A stretch of DNA of 64,000 nt from Phaeosaccion multiseriatum (taxonomy: Eukaryota > Protista > Ochrophyta, other classes). The translations under genes and the position numbers were made by a program. The notes beneath the pieces were generated by a model. It searched no databases. It was not told the DNA's origin and worked only from the letters and a program-made list of their open reading frames with translations. The DNA lies in the NCBI GenBank assembly GCA_965112735.1, contig OZ218957.1, positions 1,798,001 through 1,862,000 on the forward strand, written 5' to 3'. Of this stretch, positions 40,346 through 54,037 are shown piece by piece (the first letter of the stretch is position 1; each line of letters opens with the position of its first letter).

Positions 40346-43300
40346 ATGGTGCTTGCGTGCGAGAGGACGGGACAGCAGATGGGACAGCAGAATCAGCCAA
40401 ATTCATCTTGTGTGATGAGGGGCGGCACAGCGAGCAATAAGTACACAGCAGCAGCAGAGAGAGGAGGAGAGGAGGTTCACGAGGCGGCGGCGGTGGGCGA
40501 CATTAGGGCAGTGCTTTCCTTCCTGGAGAAGGGCGGGAGCGTGGATCAGAGAGTCCGTTTCGGCACCCGCAGCCTGCTTCATGAGGCGGTTTCCCACGAT
40601 CAAGCCGACGTGGTCAAGCTGCTCTTGGAGCGGGGCGCAGATGGTGAGTGCCGTAGACTCCCCCATATTGAGCTCTCACTGCTACTCAACGATACGCGCT
40701 TCTCGCCCAGTCTTTCTATCTACCCCCCTGCTTGCTTCTGAGCCTGATGCAAGGGCTCACAGAGGCTAAGGTACAGACAGTCCTGCTTGCTTCTGCGCCT
40801 GATGTAAGGGCTCACAGAGGCTAAGACACAGAGACTGTCCCTGCTCCACCTGCTCCTCCTCCTCGATCCTCCTCCCCCTCCCTGCAGCCAATCTCTTGGA
40901 AAAAGGCGCCACTACCCCGCTACACCTTGCCGCCAAGCACGGCCATGACCAAGTGCTGGCCCTCCTCCTGAGAAGTAGAACCCCGATCGGCGCTGGACAA
41001 GGCAGCAGCAGCAGCACCACCACCAACAACAACAACAGCAGCAGCAGTCATTTAGGCAGCACCAGCAGGACCCAGGGCGGTGTCATCCATGTGTGTGCTG
41101 CAGACGCCCTGCTTAATACTCCGCTACACTTTGCGGCATCTCCAGCGGCGGTGTCGATGCTCCTGGCCTGTGGAGCCGATCCTTCCCAGTGTAACGGCCA
41201 AGGCCTTACGCCAGAACACACGGCACAGGGGAGAGAGGCGAGGGGCGCCATTCGAGACCGTCTAGCGCGCCGGAAGGAGGAACAGGAACAAGTACAACGA
41301 CGACTGCGGGAGGAGGAGGAGGAGGAGGAGGAGGAGGAGGAGGGGGGGAGGGGGGATCTTGAGGAGGAAGAGGAGGACGGGCGACGGTACACCAGCAGTA
41401 GCAGTAGCAGTAGCAGCGACAGTAGCAGCAGCAGTAGCAGCAACAGCAACAGCAGCAGCAAGAACAGCAGCAGCAGCAGCAGCAGCAGCGGCGGCGACAG
41501 CAAACGCCGTGTCCCGGCCAGATCGAGGGGAGTAAGCACCGCCACCACCGTGCTGCACCACCATCACTACTACCACGACACCAGGCAGCAGCAGTTGCTC
41601 ATACAGCGGCAGAAGCAGCTGGTGATGCAGCAACAGGAGGATGAGCAGAAGCAGCAGGCCCAGCAGGAGCAACAGGCAGTAGATGATATGAAGGAGCAGT
41701 TGGGCGAAGGAAAAGTACGCACGGGCAAGAGCCACAGCCACAGCCAGAACGAGAAAACGATCACCCACCGCCACCCCTTAGGGGCAGGTCGAGGGCATGG
41801 GCACTCCTTCTCCTCCTCCGCCAGTGAGGTTGGAGGAGGAAGGGAGGGCAAGGGCCGAAGGGCTGGCGACTGCGCGGACGAGGAGGGTGTGGAAACGGAG
41901 GGGGAGGTAAGAAGGCAGGAGAAACACAAGGCAACGAGCAGGGGGGCGACACCAACACGTCAGCATCGTCATCGGCATCATCGGCACCGTAGGCTCTCGT
42001 CAGCGTTGGCCCTGACCCACGCCATGGACAGGGTGCGAGAGCAGGCCGAGAAACACCTCACTGCGTTGCGTAGGAAAGAAACGAAGCGGTTACAGAAGCC
42101 GTTACAGTCTGTGTTACACAAGAGTAAGAACGCGGAGGGGGAGGAGGAGGAGGAGGAGGAGGCGGAAGGGGCAGAGTCTATGTCTTCGGAAGAGTTGTCG
42201 TCGACAACGCATTCGGATGAGCTGCTGAGCAGGAGTACAAGCGAGGAGGAGGAAGGGGGGGGAGAGGAGGAGGAGAGGCGGCAAGTGCTGGGGCAGGACA
42301 AGCCGAGATGGCAGTGGATGGAGGAAGGAGCGGGCAAGAGAGTGGAGAGCACAAGGAAGGGGCCCGAGGAGCAACAGCAGCAGGAGGAGGAGGCGCCGCC
42401 TGTATCCGCCGAACCGCCTTCGGAGAGGAGGAGGCAAGCGAGAGGAAGAGGAAGTGGAGGAGGAGGAGGAGGAGGAGGAGGAGGAGGAGGAGGAGGAGGA
42501 GGAGGAGGAGCACGTGCGCTTGATGACAGCAACGTCGTGTTCTCCTCCAGGGGGAGGGTGGGCCTGGGCCGCTCCTCCCTCGTTCAGCAGCACGCCATCA
42601 AACGCACGGGATGGTGTGCGCAGAAGGAGCTACAGGAGCGGTGTGCCGGTCTGGAGGAGGAGCTGAGCGGTGTCAGAGGGGAGGCGGACAGGCTCCGAGC
42701 GGTGCTAAGAGAGGCCCTGCTGCAGCTAAGGGGGCTCAAGAAGCAGGAGGGGGGAGAGGGCACGACGAGCAGGAGGAGGAGGAGGAGAAGGAGAAGGCCT
42801 CCTGTGATGATGGAGGCGGAGGGGCAGCAGCAGCAGCAGGAGGAGGAGGAGGAGGAGGAGGAGGAGGAGGAGGAGGAGGAGGAGGAGGAGGAAGAGGAGG
42901 GGGAGGAGGGGAGGAGGAGTGGTGGACCTTCGTGTGGGTCTCCTTCGAGGGAGGAAGAGGCTGTGCGAGCTGCAGAGACAGCCGTAAGAGAGGAGGAAGA
43001 GAGGGTTGAGGAGGAGCAGGGAAAGGTCCGCGAGAGTCGACGCTGGGGAGTGCTGTTCGACCTTCAGGCGGCCTATCGGGAGGATACGCGACGGCTGAAG
43101 GGGGAGGTGGGTAGGCTGGTTGGGGAGGTAGGACGACTGACGAGGGAGAGGGAGAGGGAGAGGGAGGTGGCGGCTTTGAAGGCATTGGGTGGCAATGAGG
43201 GGAGTGTACATGTGCAGCAGCAGCAGCAGGAGGAGGAGGAGGGTCAGGAGGAGGAAGAGGAAGGGATGGTGCGGGGGGGGAGAGAGCAGGAGGGTGGGGC

Positions 43301-46300
43301 GACGAGGCAGAGAAGGAGAGGAGAGCAAACAATGCAGAGACGAGGAGGAGGACAAGGAAAAGGAGGAGGGGGAGGAGGAGGAGAGGACGATTGCAGCAGC
43401 AGTAGCAGCAGCAATGGCGGTGGTAGAGGTGTGGGACAAGAAGCGGGGGGAGCCTCGGGCCTACAGAGGGGGCTTATTGCTCAGCTGGAGGAGGACAACG
43501 CTGCGCTACGCAGGGCTTTTCTACTCCACACACCAGATGGCAGCAGATGCCACACGAGGGAGGCATTGGATGGCAGCACATGCCTCACGAGGGAGGCATT
43601 GGATGGCAGCAGATGCCACACGAGGGAGGCGTTGGATGGCAGCAGATGCCACACGAGGGAGGTGGTGGATGGCAGCAGATGCCACACGAGGAAGGCGTTG
43701 GATGGCAGCAGATGCCACACGAGGGAGACGGTGGATGGCAGCAGATGCCACACGAGGGAGGTGGTGGATGGCAGCAGATGCCACACGAGGGAGGCGTTGG
43801 ATGGCAGCAGATGCCACACGAGGGAGGCGGTGGATGGCAGCAGATGCCACACGAGGGAGGCGTTGGATGGCAGCACATGCCACACGAGGGAGACGGTGGA
43901 TGGCAGCAGATGCCACACGAGGGCGGCGTTGGATGGCAGCAGATGCCACACAAGGGAGGCGGTGGATGGCAGCAGATGCCACACGAGGGAGGCGTTGGAT
44001 GGCAGCAGATGCCACACGAGGGAGGCGGTGGATGGCAGCAGATGCCACACGAGGGAGGCGGTGGATGGCCGCAGATGCCACACGAGGGAGGCGGTGGATG
44101 GCAGCAGATGCCACACGAGGGAGGCGGTGGATGGCAGCACATGCCTCACGAGGGAGGCGTTGGATGGCAGCAGATGCCACACGAGGGAGGCGTTGGATGG
44201 CAGCAGATGCCACACGAGGGAGGCGTTGGATGGCAGCAGAGGGCGCACGGCCATGGGCGTTTTGGACGGCTTGGGGGGCAGAGGGCAGCGGGGCAGAAAT
44301 GGAGAGGGAAAGGATCCAATCGAGCAAGAGGAAGGAGGGGGGGTAGAGAAAGGGAGAGCAGAAGGTGTTCCGCGTTTCCGAGTTGAGGAAGATGGGAAGG
44401 AGGCTCCGCAGGGTGTGGGGGCCGAGGGGCAGCGGCAGGAGCAGGGGCAGGGGCAGCAAGAGGAGGATGCAGCCGGAGACGAGGAGGGGGAGGGGGAGGG
44501 GGCGGCCGGGAGTCTGTCACTGTCCGCAGCAGAGGACTTGTCCGCAGACGAACTGAGCAAGTTGGTTCTTCGTCGCCAGGAGATGTGTCTGATGCAACAG
44601 ATGTTGCTGAGACCGGAGCTGGCGGGGCTGCTGCTGAGAGGGACATCGGCAATCAGCACGGGCATCAAGCAGAAAGAGGAGGAGAAGGAGGAGAATGACG
44701 AGGAGAAGGAGGAGCGGAGGGGGGTCACAGAGCTGGTGGAGCTGCTGATGGCACTACGTCCTCTCTTGCACAACGAGAGGTGGCAGGCTCCAGAAGGGGG
44801 CGAGGAGGAGGAGGAGGGGAAGGAGTGGGAGGAGGAGGAGGAGGAGGAGGAGGAGGAGGAGGAGGAGGAGGAGGAGGAGGAGGAGGAGGAGGAGGAGCCG
44901 CAAGAGGAGAGAGTACTGCAGGCGGTGGGCCCAGATGGTGCGACTGTATCACCAGCTGCCACTGCTGCTGCTGCCGCTGCTGCTGCTACTCCTCGTGCTC
45001 CTGCTCCTTCTGTTGCTGCGGCTCCTTTTCCTCCCTCGTTTGGCCCTGAGGGGGACAGAAACCCCTACCCGTCTGTCCTCGTGGCGCATCAAGGCGATGA
45101 TGGCTTGGTGCAGAAGGAGAGGGAGAAGGTGGGGAATGGGGTAGGGGAGAAGCTTCACCTTGCGCACCACCACCCCCTCCACCTGGAGCAGCTTCAGCAG
45201 CGTCACCAGCAGCAGGAGGGTTTGGTCGTACAGCAGCAGCAGCAGCACTTGGTGACACATGAGCAGTTGGTGTCGTCTCCGTCTACTCTGGCATCGCTAG
45301 CGGCTTGCACCCCGCCCCCCGGGAGATGGCGGCCCTCAGCCCAGACGGGGTTGTCGCACTTGGGAGGGGAGCTGAGTCCGCTCAGTCTGGCAGGGAGCGT
45401 GGCCACAAGCACCGCAGGGGATGAGGAGGGGGAAGGAGGAGAAGGAGGAGGAGGAGGAGGAGGAGGAGGAGGAGGAGGAGGAGGAGGAGGAGGAGGAGGA
45501 GGAGGAGGATCCTGGGAGGAGGCAGGAGCTCTACATGGGACAGGGGCAGCAGAGGTGGGGCAAGCAGGGAACGGAGGCGCCGCTCCGAGTGGGAATGCGG
45601 GGTCGGTAGCAGCAGTGGGTGATACAGTAGAGCCAGAAGCAGCAGCAGCTGTCAGTGATACCGAAGATACGTCAACAGACCCAGCAACACCAGTTGGTGA
45701 TACGTCAGCACAGGAGTATCTTGCCCGAAGCTATGGCGAGACCCCAGGACCACCCGCACCATCACCACCAGGGACAGAGATGCCCTCACCGCCGTCACTT
45801 TTAGGGACGGCGAGTGCAAGGCCGCTGTCGGAGAGGCGCGGAGAGGAGAGAGGACGGGCAGCAGCGACAGTTGGTGATACAGCAGTCGGTGATGCCCCAG
45901 TTGGTAATACAGCAGTCGCGGTGGGGGCAGGGCGAGGCCCACCAATGCTCAAGGAGGACTCTTTGGAAGGGGTAGGGGCATTGCCTGGGTCAAGGGCAGG
46001 GGTGTTGCCTGGGTCAAGGGTGGAGGCATTGCCTGGGTCAAGGGTGGAGGCATTGCCTGAGTCAAGGGTGGAGGCATTGCCTGGGTCAAGGGTGGAGGCA
46101 TTGCCTGGGTCAAGGGTGGAAGCATTGCCTGGGTCAAGGGTGGAGGCATTGCCTGGGTCAAGGGTGGAGGCATTGCCTGGGTCAAGGGTGGAGGCATGGC
46201 CTGGGTCAAGGGTGGAGGCATTGCCTGGGTCAAGGATGGAGGCATTGCCTGGGTCAAGGGTGGAGGCATTGCCTGGGTCAAGGGTGGAGGCATTGCCTGG

Positions 46301-48548
46301 GTCAAGGGTGGAGGCATTGCCTGGGTCAAGGGTGGAGGCATTGCCTGAGTCAAGGGTGGAGGCATTGCCTGGGTCAAGGGTGGAGGCATTGCCTGGGTCA
46401 AGGGTGGAGGCATTGCCTGGGTCAAGGGCACGAGTATGGCAAGGGCCGTCAAGGGCTGCTGAAGGCCCTCGATTAGAGCCTGGACAGGGAGGAGGACGAG
46501 GAGCAGCAGAAGGTGAACAAGACGCTGTCGCTGTCGCCGCCGCCAGAGGAGAGAGGGAGAGGGAGAGACACCAAGGCCAAGAGGAACAAGCTCACGTGCT
46601 GTGGCACCCCCCTCGGGGTGCCGAGGCCGAGGGAGGACATCAGGGAGGAGAAAAGGAGGAGGGAGAGGAGGAGGAGGAGGAGGAGGAGGAGGAGGAGGAG
46701 GAGGAGGAGGAGGAGGAGGAGGACGAGGAGGACGAGGAGGAGGAGTCTCGGGGCTCGAGCGGGCTATATCACAAACTGCTGCACTCCCCTCTGAGTGCGG
46801 TGGGTCGCCTCGCGTCACGCACCCTTGCCAGTCTGCCCTCTCCCTCTTCCCATCACCGCATGTGGTCACTGCCGCTCCATGTCGATCTGGAAACCTCCGG
46901 CGATTCCTCTGGAGAAGGAGAAGGAGAAGGAGAAGGAGAAGGAGAGGGGAGGGCGGCTAAGGCTAGGAGGAGGCGGCGGCAGCGGCGTAGCAGCCGCTTG
47001 GGGGGCAGCAGCCCAATTCCGACTAGCAGTGGCACGGGGAGCGTCCGCCTGACCCGTGCGCAGCCGCCTGAGGAGTGCCGCGAGAGGGACGAGGGACAGA
47101 CCCCCCCCGACACCACGGGCAGCGCATCGAGCCTTGACCCAGGCAATAGTCGACAGGACCAGATGGTGATACAGGAGCAGCAGTTGGTGATACAGGAGGA
47201 GGTGTACGGCATGTTTCGGGACGGGGCGGCAGGACACGCATCATCACACAGCAGAGCCAATATAGGAGGAGATGACTCCGGCTCAGACAGGGGCAGCGGC
47301 GCCAGCAACAGTGACAGCAGCAGCAGTGACAGCAGCAAGGGGAGGAGGGGCAAAGGCAAGGACAAAGGCAAGGACAAGCGCAAGAGCAAGGGCAGCGACA
47401 GGAGCAGCAGGAGCGGGGCGATGAGGGGTGGGGGCCGGACAAGGGCCCAGGAGGACTCCGGGGGGGAGGTGAGAGCCGGGTCAGCGCCATTGCATACGTC
47501 AAGGCCAATCGTCGCCACAGAAGGAGAGAGTCCTGCGACAAGTAGAAGGGTTGGTAGCGGTCAGCAGCAGGGCATGCTTATCTCCGGGGAGAAGCGAAAT
47601 ACGGCACTATTGCATCACGGGGCAAGGGTGGCGGCGGCGTTATCATCGGACCGACCGGGGAGCGAGAAGGAGGGCGCCACGCCTCCTGCCTCAAACTCCT
47701 CCTCGTCCTGCCGTTCCCTCCCGCCATCATCACTTCCGACCGGCCCGAGCACAAGCGATGCGAGGCGGACATCTGTGATGAGTGATGAGGTGCGGAGCCA
47801 CTGGCCGAGGAGGAGGAGGAGGAAGAGGGTTTTCGAGTCGAGGAGGGGAGGGGGGAAGAGGCGAGAAGAGAGGAGGCAGGAGGAGGAGGAGGAGGAGGAG
47901 GAGGAGGAGGAGGAGGAGGAGGAACAGGAGGAGGAGGACGAGGGGGGGGGGGGGAGGGAGGAGAATACGACAACGGCCAACGCCCCGGATGACAGCAGTG
48001 AACGAGCAAGAGGAAGCAGGAGGAGCAGGCACCACCAGCAGGAGACCATAGACGAGGAGGAGGGAGGAGCAGCAGCAGCAGCAGCAGCAGGAGGAGGAGG
48101 AGGAGGAGGAGGAGCAGGGAAAGGCGGGCGAAGAGGAGGAGGGGGTGATGTCTTCAAGCGCCGTAGCAGCCAAGTGCTCCGTGACTTGGAGTCGCACCGA
48201 GCCGCCCTCGGATCAGCCTTCGGAGACGCCACCCAAAGGCGAAGAACCTCTCACCTCCCAACTCCCCTGGGCCAGCAGCAGGAGGAGGGCCAGCAGCAGG
48301 AGGAGGGCCAGCAGCAGGAGGAGACAACGACGAAGGCGACGACTAGTCCGGGGTGGAGGGCCTTCCTGTCGCCCAGGGAAGGGGCGAGGGTGGGGGGCGC
48401 TAGGCGTGCGTCTGACACGGTGCTGTTCACCTCTGCGGGGCGGCGCCTGAGAGAGAGAGGCGCCCCGTGGAGGGAGACGCTGCAAGGCTTGCTGCAAGAG
48501 TACCGCCCGGAGCCCGTCAAGCACCCATACTGGGACAACATGTACTGA
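40346..48548 (+). CDS. Very large protein with N-terminal ankyrin repeats, coiled-coil and low-complexity regions, and two internal tandem-repeat arrays (2 exons)
   Basis: Exon 1 40346-40643 ([33 protein letters not shown]). GT-AG intron to ~40887. Exon 2 continues [20 protein letters not shown]...NTPLHFA as a 7.6-kb open frame to the stop at 48548. Confidence 0.75.
43536..44240 (+). repeat. Exonic 33-bp minisatellite, about 21 copies ([11 protein letters not shown])
   Basis: GATGGCAGCAGATGCCACACGAGGGAGGCGTTG units. Confidence 0.95.
45976..46429 (+). repeat. Exonic 24-bp minisatellite, about 19 copies (LPGSRVEA)
   Basis: TTGCCTGGGTCAAGGGTGGAGGCA units. Confidence 0.95.
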
Positions 48549-49322
48549 GCAGGAGTGAGCAGACTGAGCTGATGTTGACACATATCGATGTCGACACAGG
48601 ATCTCGATCTCTACATCGCTGGTACATGTCCATTCACCAGAGGCGCCGGGAGGGTGGTACGGAGGAGACGGAAGGGAGGGTAGGAATCGGTATGCCCTCG
48701 AAGCGCCGTGAAGAGTGGGAGGTGGGTTCAATAGAATGCGTTCCAACTTCCTTGGACCATCCAATACAATGCTCTGCTAAGCGACTATCTATGTATGTAT
48801 GTATGTATGCATGTATGTGTGTATGTATACATGCTTGTATCTCGACGTGCCCGTCCTGTCCCACTACACATACACCGCCTGCGGGATGTTTCTCTTTCTT
48901 TGTAAGAGGAGAGAGGGAGACAAAAGAGTATTGTGATTGGAACCACTGTTTGTCTATATATTTAATTAAAATTCCTTGGTCCCTCGAGTGTACAAATGTA
49001 TGCCCATGTCCTACGCGTGGCCTACACTGCAACCACTTCGGCCTCTAAATTGGCATACCTCGTTTGCGGGGGGGCAGTACAAGACTGCTTCCCTCATTTG
49101 GTTTTTCCAATCGACTTAACTTTGTTTTTTCTATATCAACAATACGACATAACAAGTACATTCTTTCACTGCTGCTGCACCACCCACACGTCGAAGTAGG
49201 AGCGCAATGCATGCCCTCACCAAGGCAAGCCTCGCTCCTCTGCTATCCGTCCTCGACGTCCTAGAGACCACTGATGTGCGGCGGCCGGATCAAGCTGCCC
49301 TTGCATTTATGTTGGACTGTGA

Positions 49323-52300
49323 TTAGACCGTGGTCCCCTGTAAATCCTGAAGAAGGAGCAGATGGAGAGAGACGAAAAAGAAGCGGAAGGCATGTGTGAG
49401 AAAGGAGGACAAAAGCAGGACCGCGACTCCGCAAACAGCACCCGCAACAAACCCCAAACAGATCAGAGTATGCAGAGGAGGCGGTGCACCTCTTCTTGGC
49501 CCCTTCCTTACCTTGGCTCCGTTCTGCGCGTAACGCTCCTTGAAGTCGTGGAAGGTTTGCACGTCCTTCTTGCCCTTGGAGTAAAACTTGGCGGCAAGGG
49601 CGGCGAGGGCAACAACGGCGACGAGGGCGAGGACGAGAAGCGCAATAGCCCAGTCCGGGATACTCTTCTTGCTTCCTCCGGAGCCCACCGACGACGTGCG
49701 GACAGTGCCGCCAGACGTACCGCCCAGGCAAGCCTCGGTGCCCGGCACGTAGACGTTGTTCTGAATCAGACCTCCCAAAGCTTCGCAGTCGATGCTCATG
49801 TCGGGCAGCGCGTTGACCAAACGCGTGAAGGCCTCATCGAAAGGCATGGCAGACATGGGCGCCTCCTCGTTAATGTCGGCGTTGGTGCGAAGGTCCCGGG
49901 CGAGGTCCTCATCGTACTGAGCAATGAAGGGGATGACGGCGGCGGAGTAGGCCCAGTGCTCGCCCCACACCTTGTCCAGGGACTCCCCGGCCTCCTGTGC
50001 TTGTGTCGTTTGGACAGAGTACCTGTGTGTGAGATGGGTGTTAGAGGTAAGGATAAGGGAGTAAGGAGAGTACGCGGCGCAGCGAAAGAGAGGAGGGCTC
50101 CGTCAGAGGTAGACAACAGATGAAAGAAAATCGGATACTTGGTTCGCAGACAGGGAGTGAGTGATGACCCACACCGCTGGCGAATGCCACAGCATGTCAG
50201 CCAATGCCCACTCTGTATCTCACCTGATCATGCCCTGCATAAGAGGGATCATCATCTGGCGGATGATGTCGTCCTTGATTTCCGCCGCCTCGCTGCATTC
50301 GCCCGCGAGGAGGTCCTTGCGGCCCTCGTTGAACAGGGCGAGCATGCGCACGTTCACCAGAGCATCCCCCGCGGTGCCCTCGCTGCCAAGGCACGTGCCG
50401 GCGCCGCTGCACCTCTTGAGGGCGGTGTTGTAGCCGAGGAAGCCCACGCTCGAGTCTCCACTGCCGTTCTCGCCTTCCAGGGATCCCGTCCAGAATGCCA
50501 CGGCCTCCTCCCAGGCCTTGACTTCGGCGTCGTTGTCGTTGAGGTCCCCGGCCTCACAGTCCTCGATGGCGTCCTCCATCTCGTGGATAACGTACTGGAA
50601 GATGTTGTGGAACTGTGCGCCCTTGGTGCAGCACTGTGGAGCAGGGGGAGAAGGGAGGAGTTGGAATTTCACAGCATCGAAGTGGCCGTGAGACAATAGG
50701 AGAAAATGGGGGGAAATCAAAGGACAACGACGATGCCAAGGAAGGAGACACCCAAAGCACCAAGGAAGGCCGTACTGTATGTGAAGCCCCTCTTCCTCTC
50801 TCAAACATACCTCCTGGCGCATAACGTTGTCCTCGGCCATGCCGCTAAAGTCACCAAATTCGCCGCCGTCGGTTCCTCCGCAGGCCGCAGCAGTGAAGGC
50901 ATCTGCGTAGAAGTCCTCTCCCCAGTATGCCTTGTACTGCTGGTACGTGTCGCCCTTGAGCTCCTTGGTTCCAAAGCCTTCAATGGTCCTGATGGAGTCG
51001 GACTTCAAACTATTGCCACCGTTCTGGTACACAAAAAATGCGTCGGCGAGGTCCCCTGCGTCGACCAAAGTGTCCATGTCCCTCACGTCGAGGTCGATGC
51101 GGGCGTGCTGAGACACATCCGTAGTGGGGATGAAGCTGGCCATGGAGCGAAGGGTCTGTCCGCAGGGCTCAACACCCGTTACGTAGGCACCATCCTGAAT
51201 CAGACCACCCAAAGCTTCGCAGTCGATGCCCATGCCGGGCAGGGCGGTGAGCAGCGCCTTGAAGGCATCTTGGTAGGTTAAGGCAGACATGGGCGCCTCC
51301 TCGTTCACGTCGGCATTGGTGCGAAGGTCCCGGGCGAGGGCGGAGTCGTATTTGGCGATGAAGGGGATGACGGCGGCAGAGTAGGCCCAGTGCTCACCCC
51401 ACACCTTGTCCAGGGACTCTCCGGCCTCCTGTGCTTGTGTCGTTTGGACAGAGTACCTGTGTGTATGTGTGAGGGTGGGATGGGTGTCAGTAAAAAGATC
51501 GGATATTTGTTCGCTGACAGGGAGTGACATTCGTGCCAAGGAATCCCAGCATGCAAGCCAATTACCAAATAATCATGTTTCTCACCTGATCATGCCCTGC
51601 ATAAGAGGGATCATCATCTGGCGAATGATGTCGTCCTTGATCGGCTTCGCAGTGTCGCATTCGCCAGCGAGGAGGCGCTCGCGGCCCTCGTTGAACAGGG
51701 CGAGCATGCGCACGTTCACCAGAGCATCCCCCGAGGTGCCCTCGCTGCCAAGGCACGTGCCGGCGCCGCTGCACCTCTTGAGGGCGGTGTTGTAGCCGAG
51801 GAAGCCCACGCTCGAGTCTCCACTGCCGTTCTCGCCTTCCAGGGATCCCGTCCAGAATGCCACGGCCTCCTCCCAGGCCTTGACGTCGGCGTCGTTGTCG
51901 TTGAGGTCCCCGGCCTCACAGTCCTCGATGGCGTCCTCCATCTCGTGGATAACGTACTGGAAGATGTTGTGGAACTGTGCTCCCTTGGTGCAGCACTGTG
52001 GAGCAGGGGGGGAGGGGAGGGGTTGGAAGGGAGTCAGGACGGAGGGTAGGTAGGTGTCAGGAAAGATGGTGGGTGCGTGTCCGGACAGAGGGAGACCACA
52101 GAGTGGTGAAGAAAAAAAATGGAGAATCAGGCGTCATGCGCCCCCCGCTAACACGCCGCGCCTCGGAGTAGTAAGTTGGGGCGAATACAGTAAGGAAAGT
52201 CTGCAACACAAAAAAGAGACCCGGTAACACAAACACACACCACACATAAAAAGCTTCCTCAGGCCCTCTCACCTCTTGGCGCATAAGATTGTCGTCCCCC

Positions 52301-54037
52301 ATGTCGCTGAAGTCACCAAAGACTCCTCCGTCCGTTCCTCCGCAGGCTGCAGCAGTGAAGGCGTCGGCGTAGAACTCTTCTCCCCAGTATGCCCCGTAGT
52401 CTGTGTACGTGTCGCCCTTGAGCTCCTTGGTTCCAAAGCCTTCAATGGTCCTGATGGAGTCGGACTTCAAACTATTGCCACCGGTCTGGTACACAAAAAA
52501 TGCGTCGGCGAGGTCCCCTGCGTCGACCAAAGTGTCCATGTCCCTCACGTCGAGGTCGATGCGGGCGTGCTGAGACACATCCGTAGTGGGGATGAAGTTG
52601 GCCATGGAGCGAAGGATCTGTCCGCAGGGCTCGAGTCCCTCAACGTATTCACCGTCCACAATGAGGCCCCCAAGTTCTTCGCACTCGATGCCCATAGAAG
52701 GCAGTGCGGCGAGCAAGGCCTTGAAGGTGTCGGCGTAGGAAAGAGCAGACATGGGCGCGACCTCGTTGATGTCGGCGTTGGTGCGAATGTGCGTGGCGAG
52801 GGTGGCGTCGTATCTGTTGATGAAGGGGATGACGGCGGCGGAGTAGGCCCACAGCTCGCCCCACACCTTGTCCAGGTCCGCGACATCTGGACTAGTGGCC
52901 TGGTAGTGGTACCTGGGGGAGAGGTTAAAGGAGAGGCGCAAAAGGTCAATACGTCAATCTCAGGAACGTGGGCATAAGGGAAACACAGCATAAGGGAAAC
53001 ACACACACACACACACACACACACAAGGGGTAGTCAACTCCCAATGCCTCAAGACTGCGAGCCTACTTCCATGTCTAGTTCCTCACCTGATCATGCCCTG
53101 CAGGAGAGGGATCATCATCTGCCGGAGGATTAGGGATTTGACCGGCTCCGCAGCACCGCAATCGCCATCTTCGAGGTACCCGCGGCCCTCCTGGAACAAG
53201 GCGAGCATGCGCGCATTTACCAGAGCCTGACCAGACCTGCCTTCGCTACCGGCGCACGTGCCAGCGCTCTCGCACCTCTTGAGGGCGGTGTTGTATCCGA
53301 GGAAGCCCACGCTCGTGTCTCCGCTGCCGTTCTCGCCTTCCAGGGATCCCGTCCAGAAGGCCCATGCCTCCTCCCATGCTACCACCTGATCATCATCGTT
53401 GTCGTTGGCGTCCCCGGCGGCGCAGTCCTCAATCGCGTCCTCCATCTCGTGGATGACATACTGGAAGATGTTATGAAACTGCGCACCCTTGGTGCAGCAC
53501 TGTGGGGCAGGGCAAAGGGGGGGGGCATCAGGTCGTTGAGAGTGAGAACATGACATTGAAGTAAAAATATAGCGCAGTACACAAAGCACAGACAAAAAAT
53601 CACGGAGCCCTCACCTCTTGGCGCAAAGCACTGTCTTGCCCCATGTCGCTGAAGTCACCAAAGACTCCTCCGTCCGTTCCTCCACAGGCGGCAGAGGTGA
53701 AGGCGTCTGTGTAGAACTCCTCATTCCAGTAGGCCGCATAGTCCTGGTACAGGACACCCTTCAGCGCCTTGGTTCCAAAGCCTTCAATGGTCCTGGTTGA
53801 GTCGGTCTTCAAACTATTGCCACCGGTCTGGTACACATCAAATGCGTCGTTGACGTCCCCGGCGTCGACAAGGCTGTCCATCTCCCTCACATCGAGATCG
53901 ATGCGGCTGTGCTGGGTCACGTTGGTGGTGAGGATCCAATTGGCCAGCTCCAGTTCCTGCCCTGTGCTCATGGGTAAAGCGGCTGCAAGCAGCATACACA
54001 CCGCCGCTGCCCCTCCCATCTTCTTCCTTCCTTCCAT
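49323..54037 (-). CDS. Low-iron-inducible FEA1-family protein with three tandem FEA1 domains, signal peptide and C-terminal transmembrane helix (8 exons)
   Basis: Three copies of QHxRIDLD...YQxGGNS...RTIEGF...YW...YxDAF / KGAQ...YVIHEMEDAIEDC...AWEEAxAFWTGSLEG...ALKRC...IPLxQGMIRY / GExWAYSAAVIP...MGIxCxxLGG. Hydrophobic N-terminus (ATG 54037); TM WAIALLVLALVAVVALAALAA. Confidence 0.85.

Noticed and set aside
43189-44962. Five overlapping alternative-frame ORFs
   Set aside because: A consequence of a stop-free 33-bp unit; no independent coding evidence.
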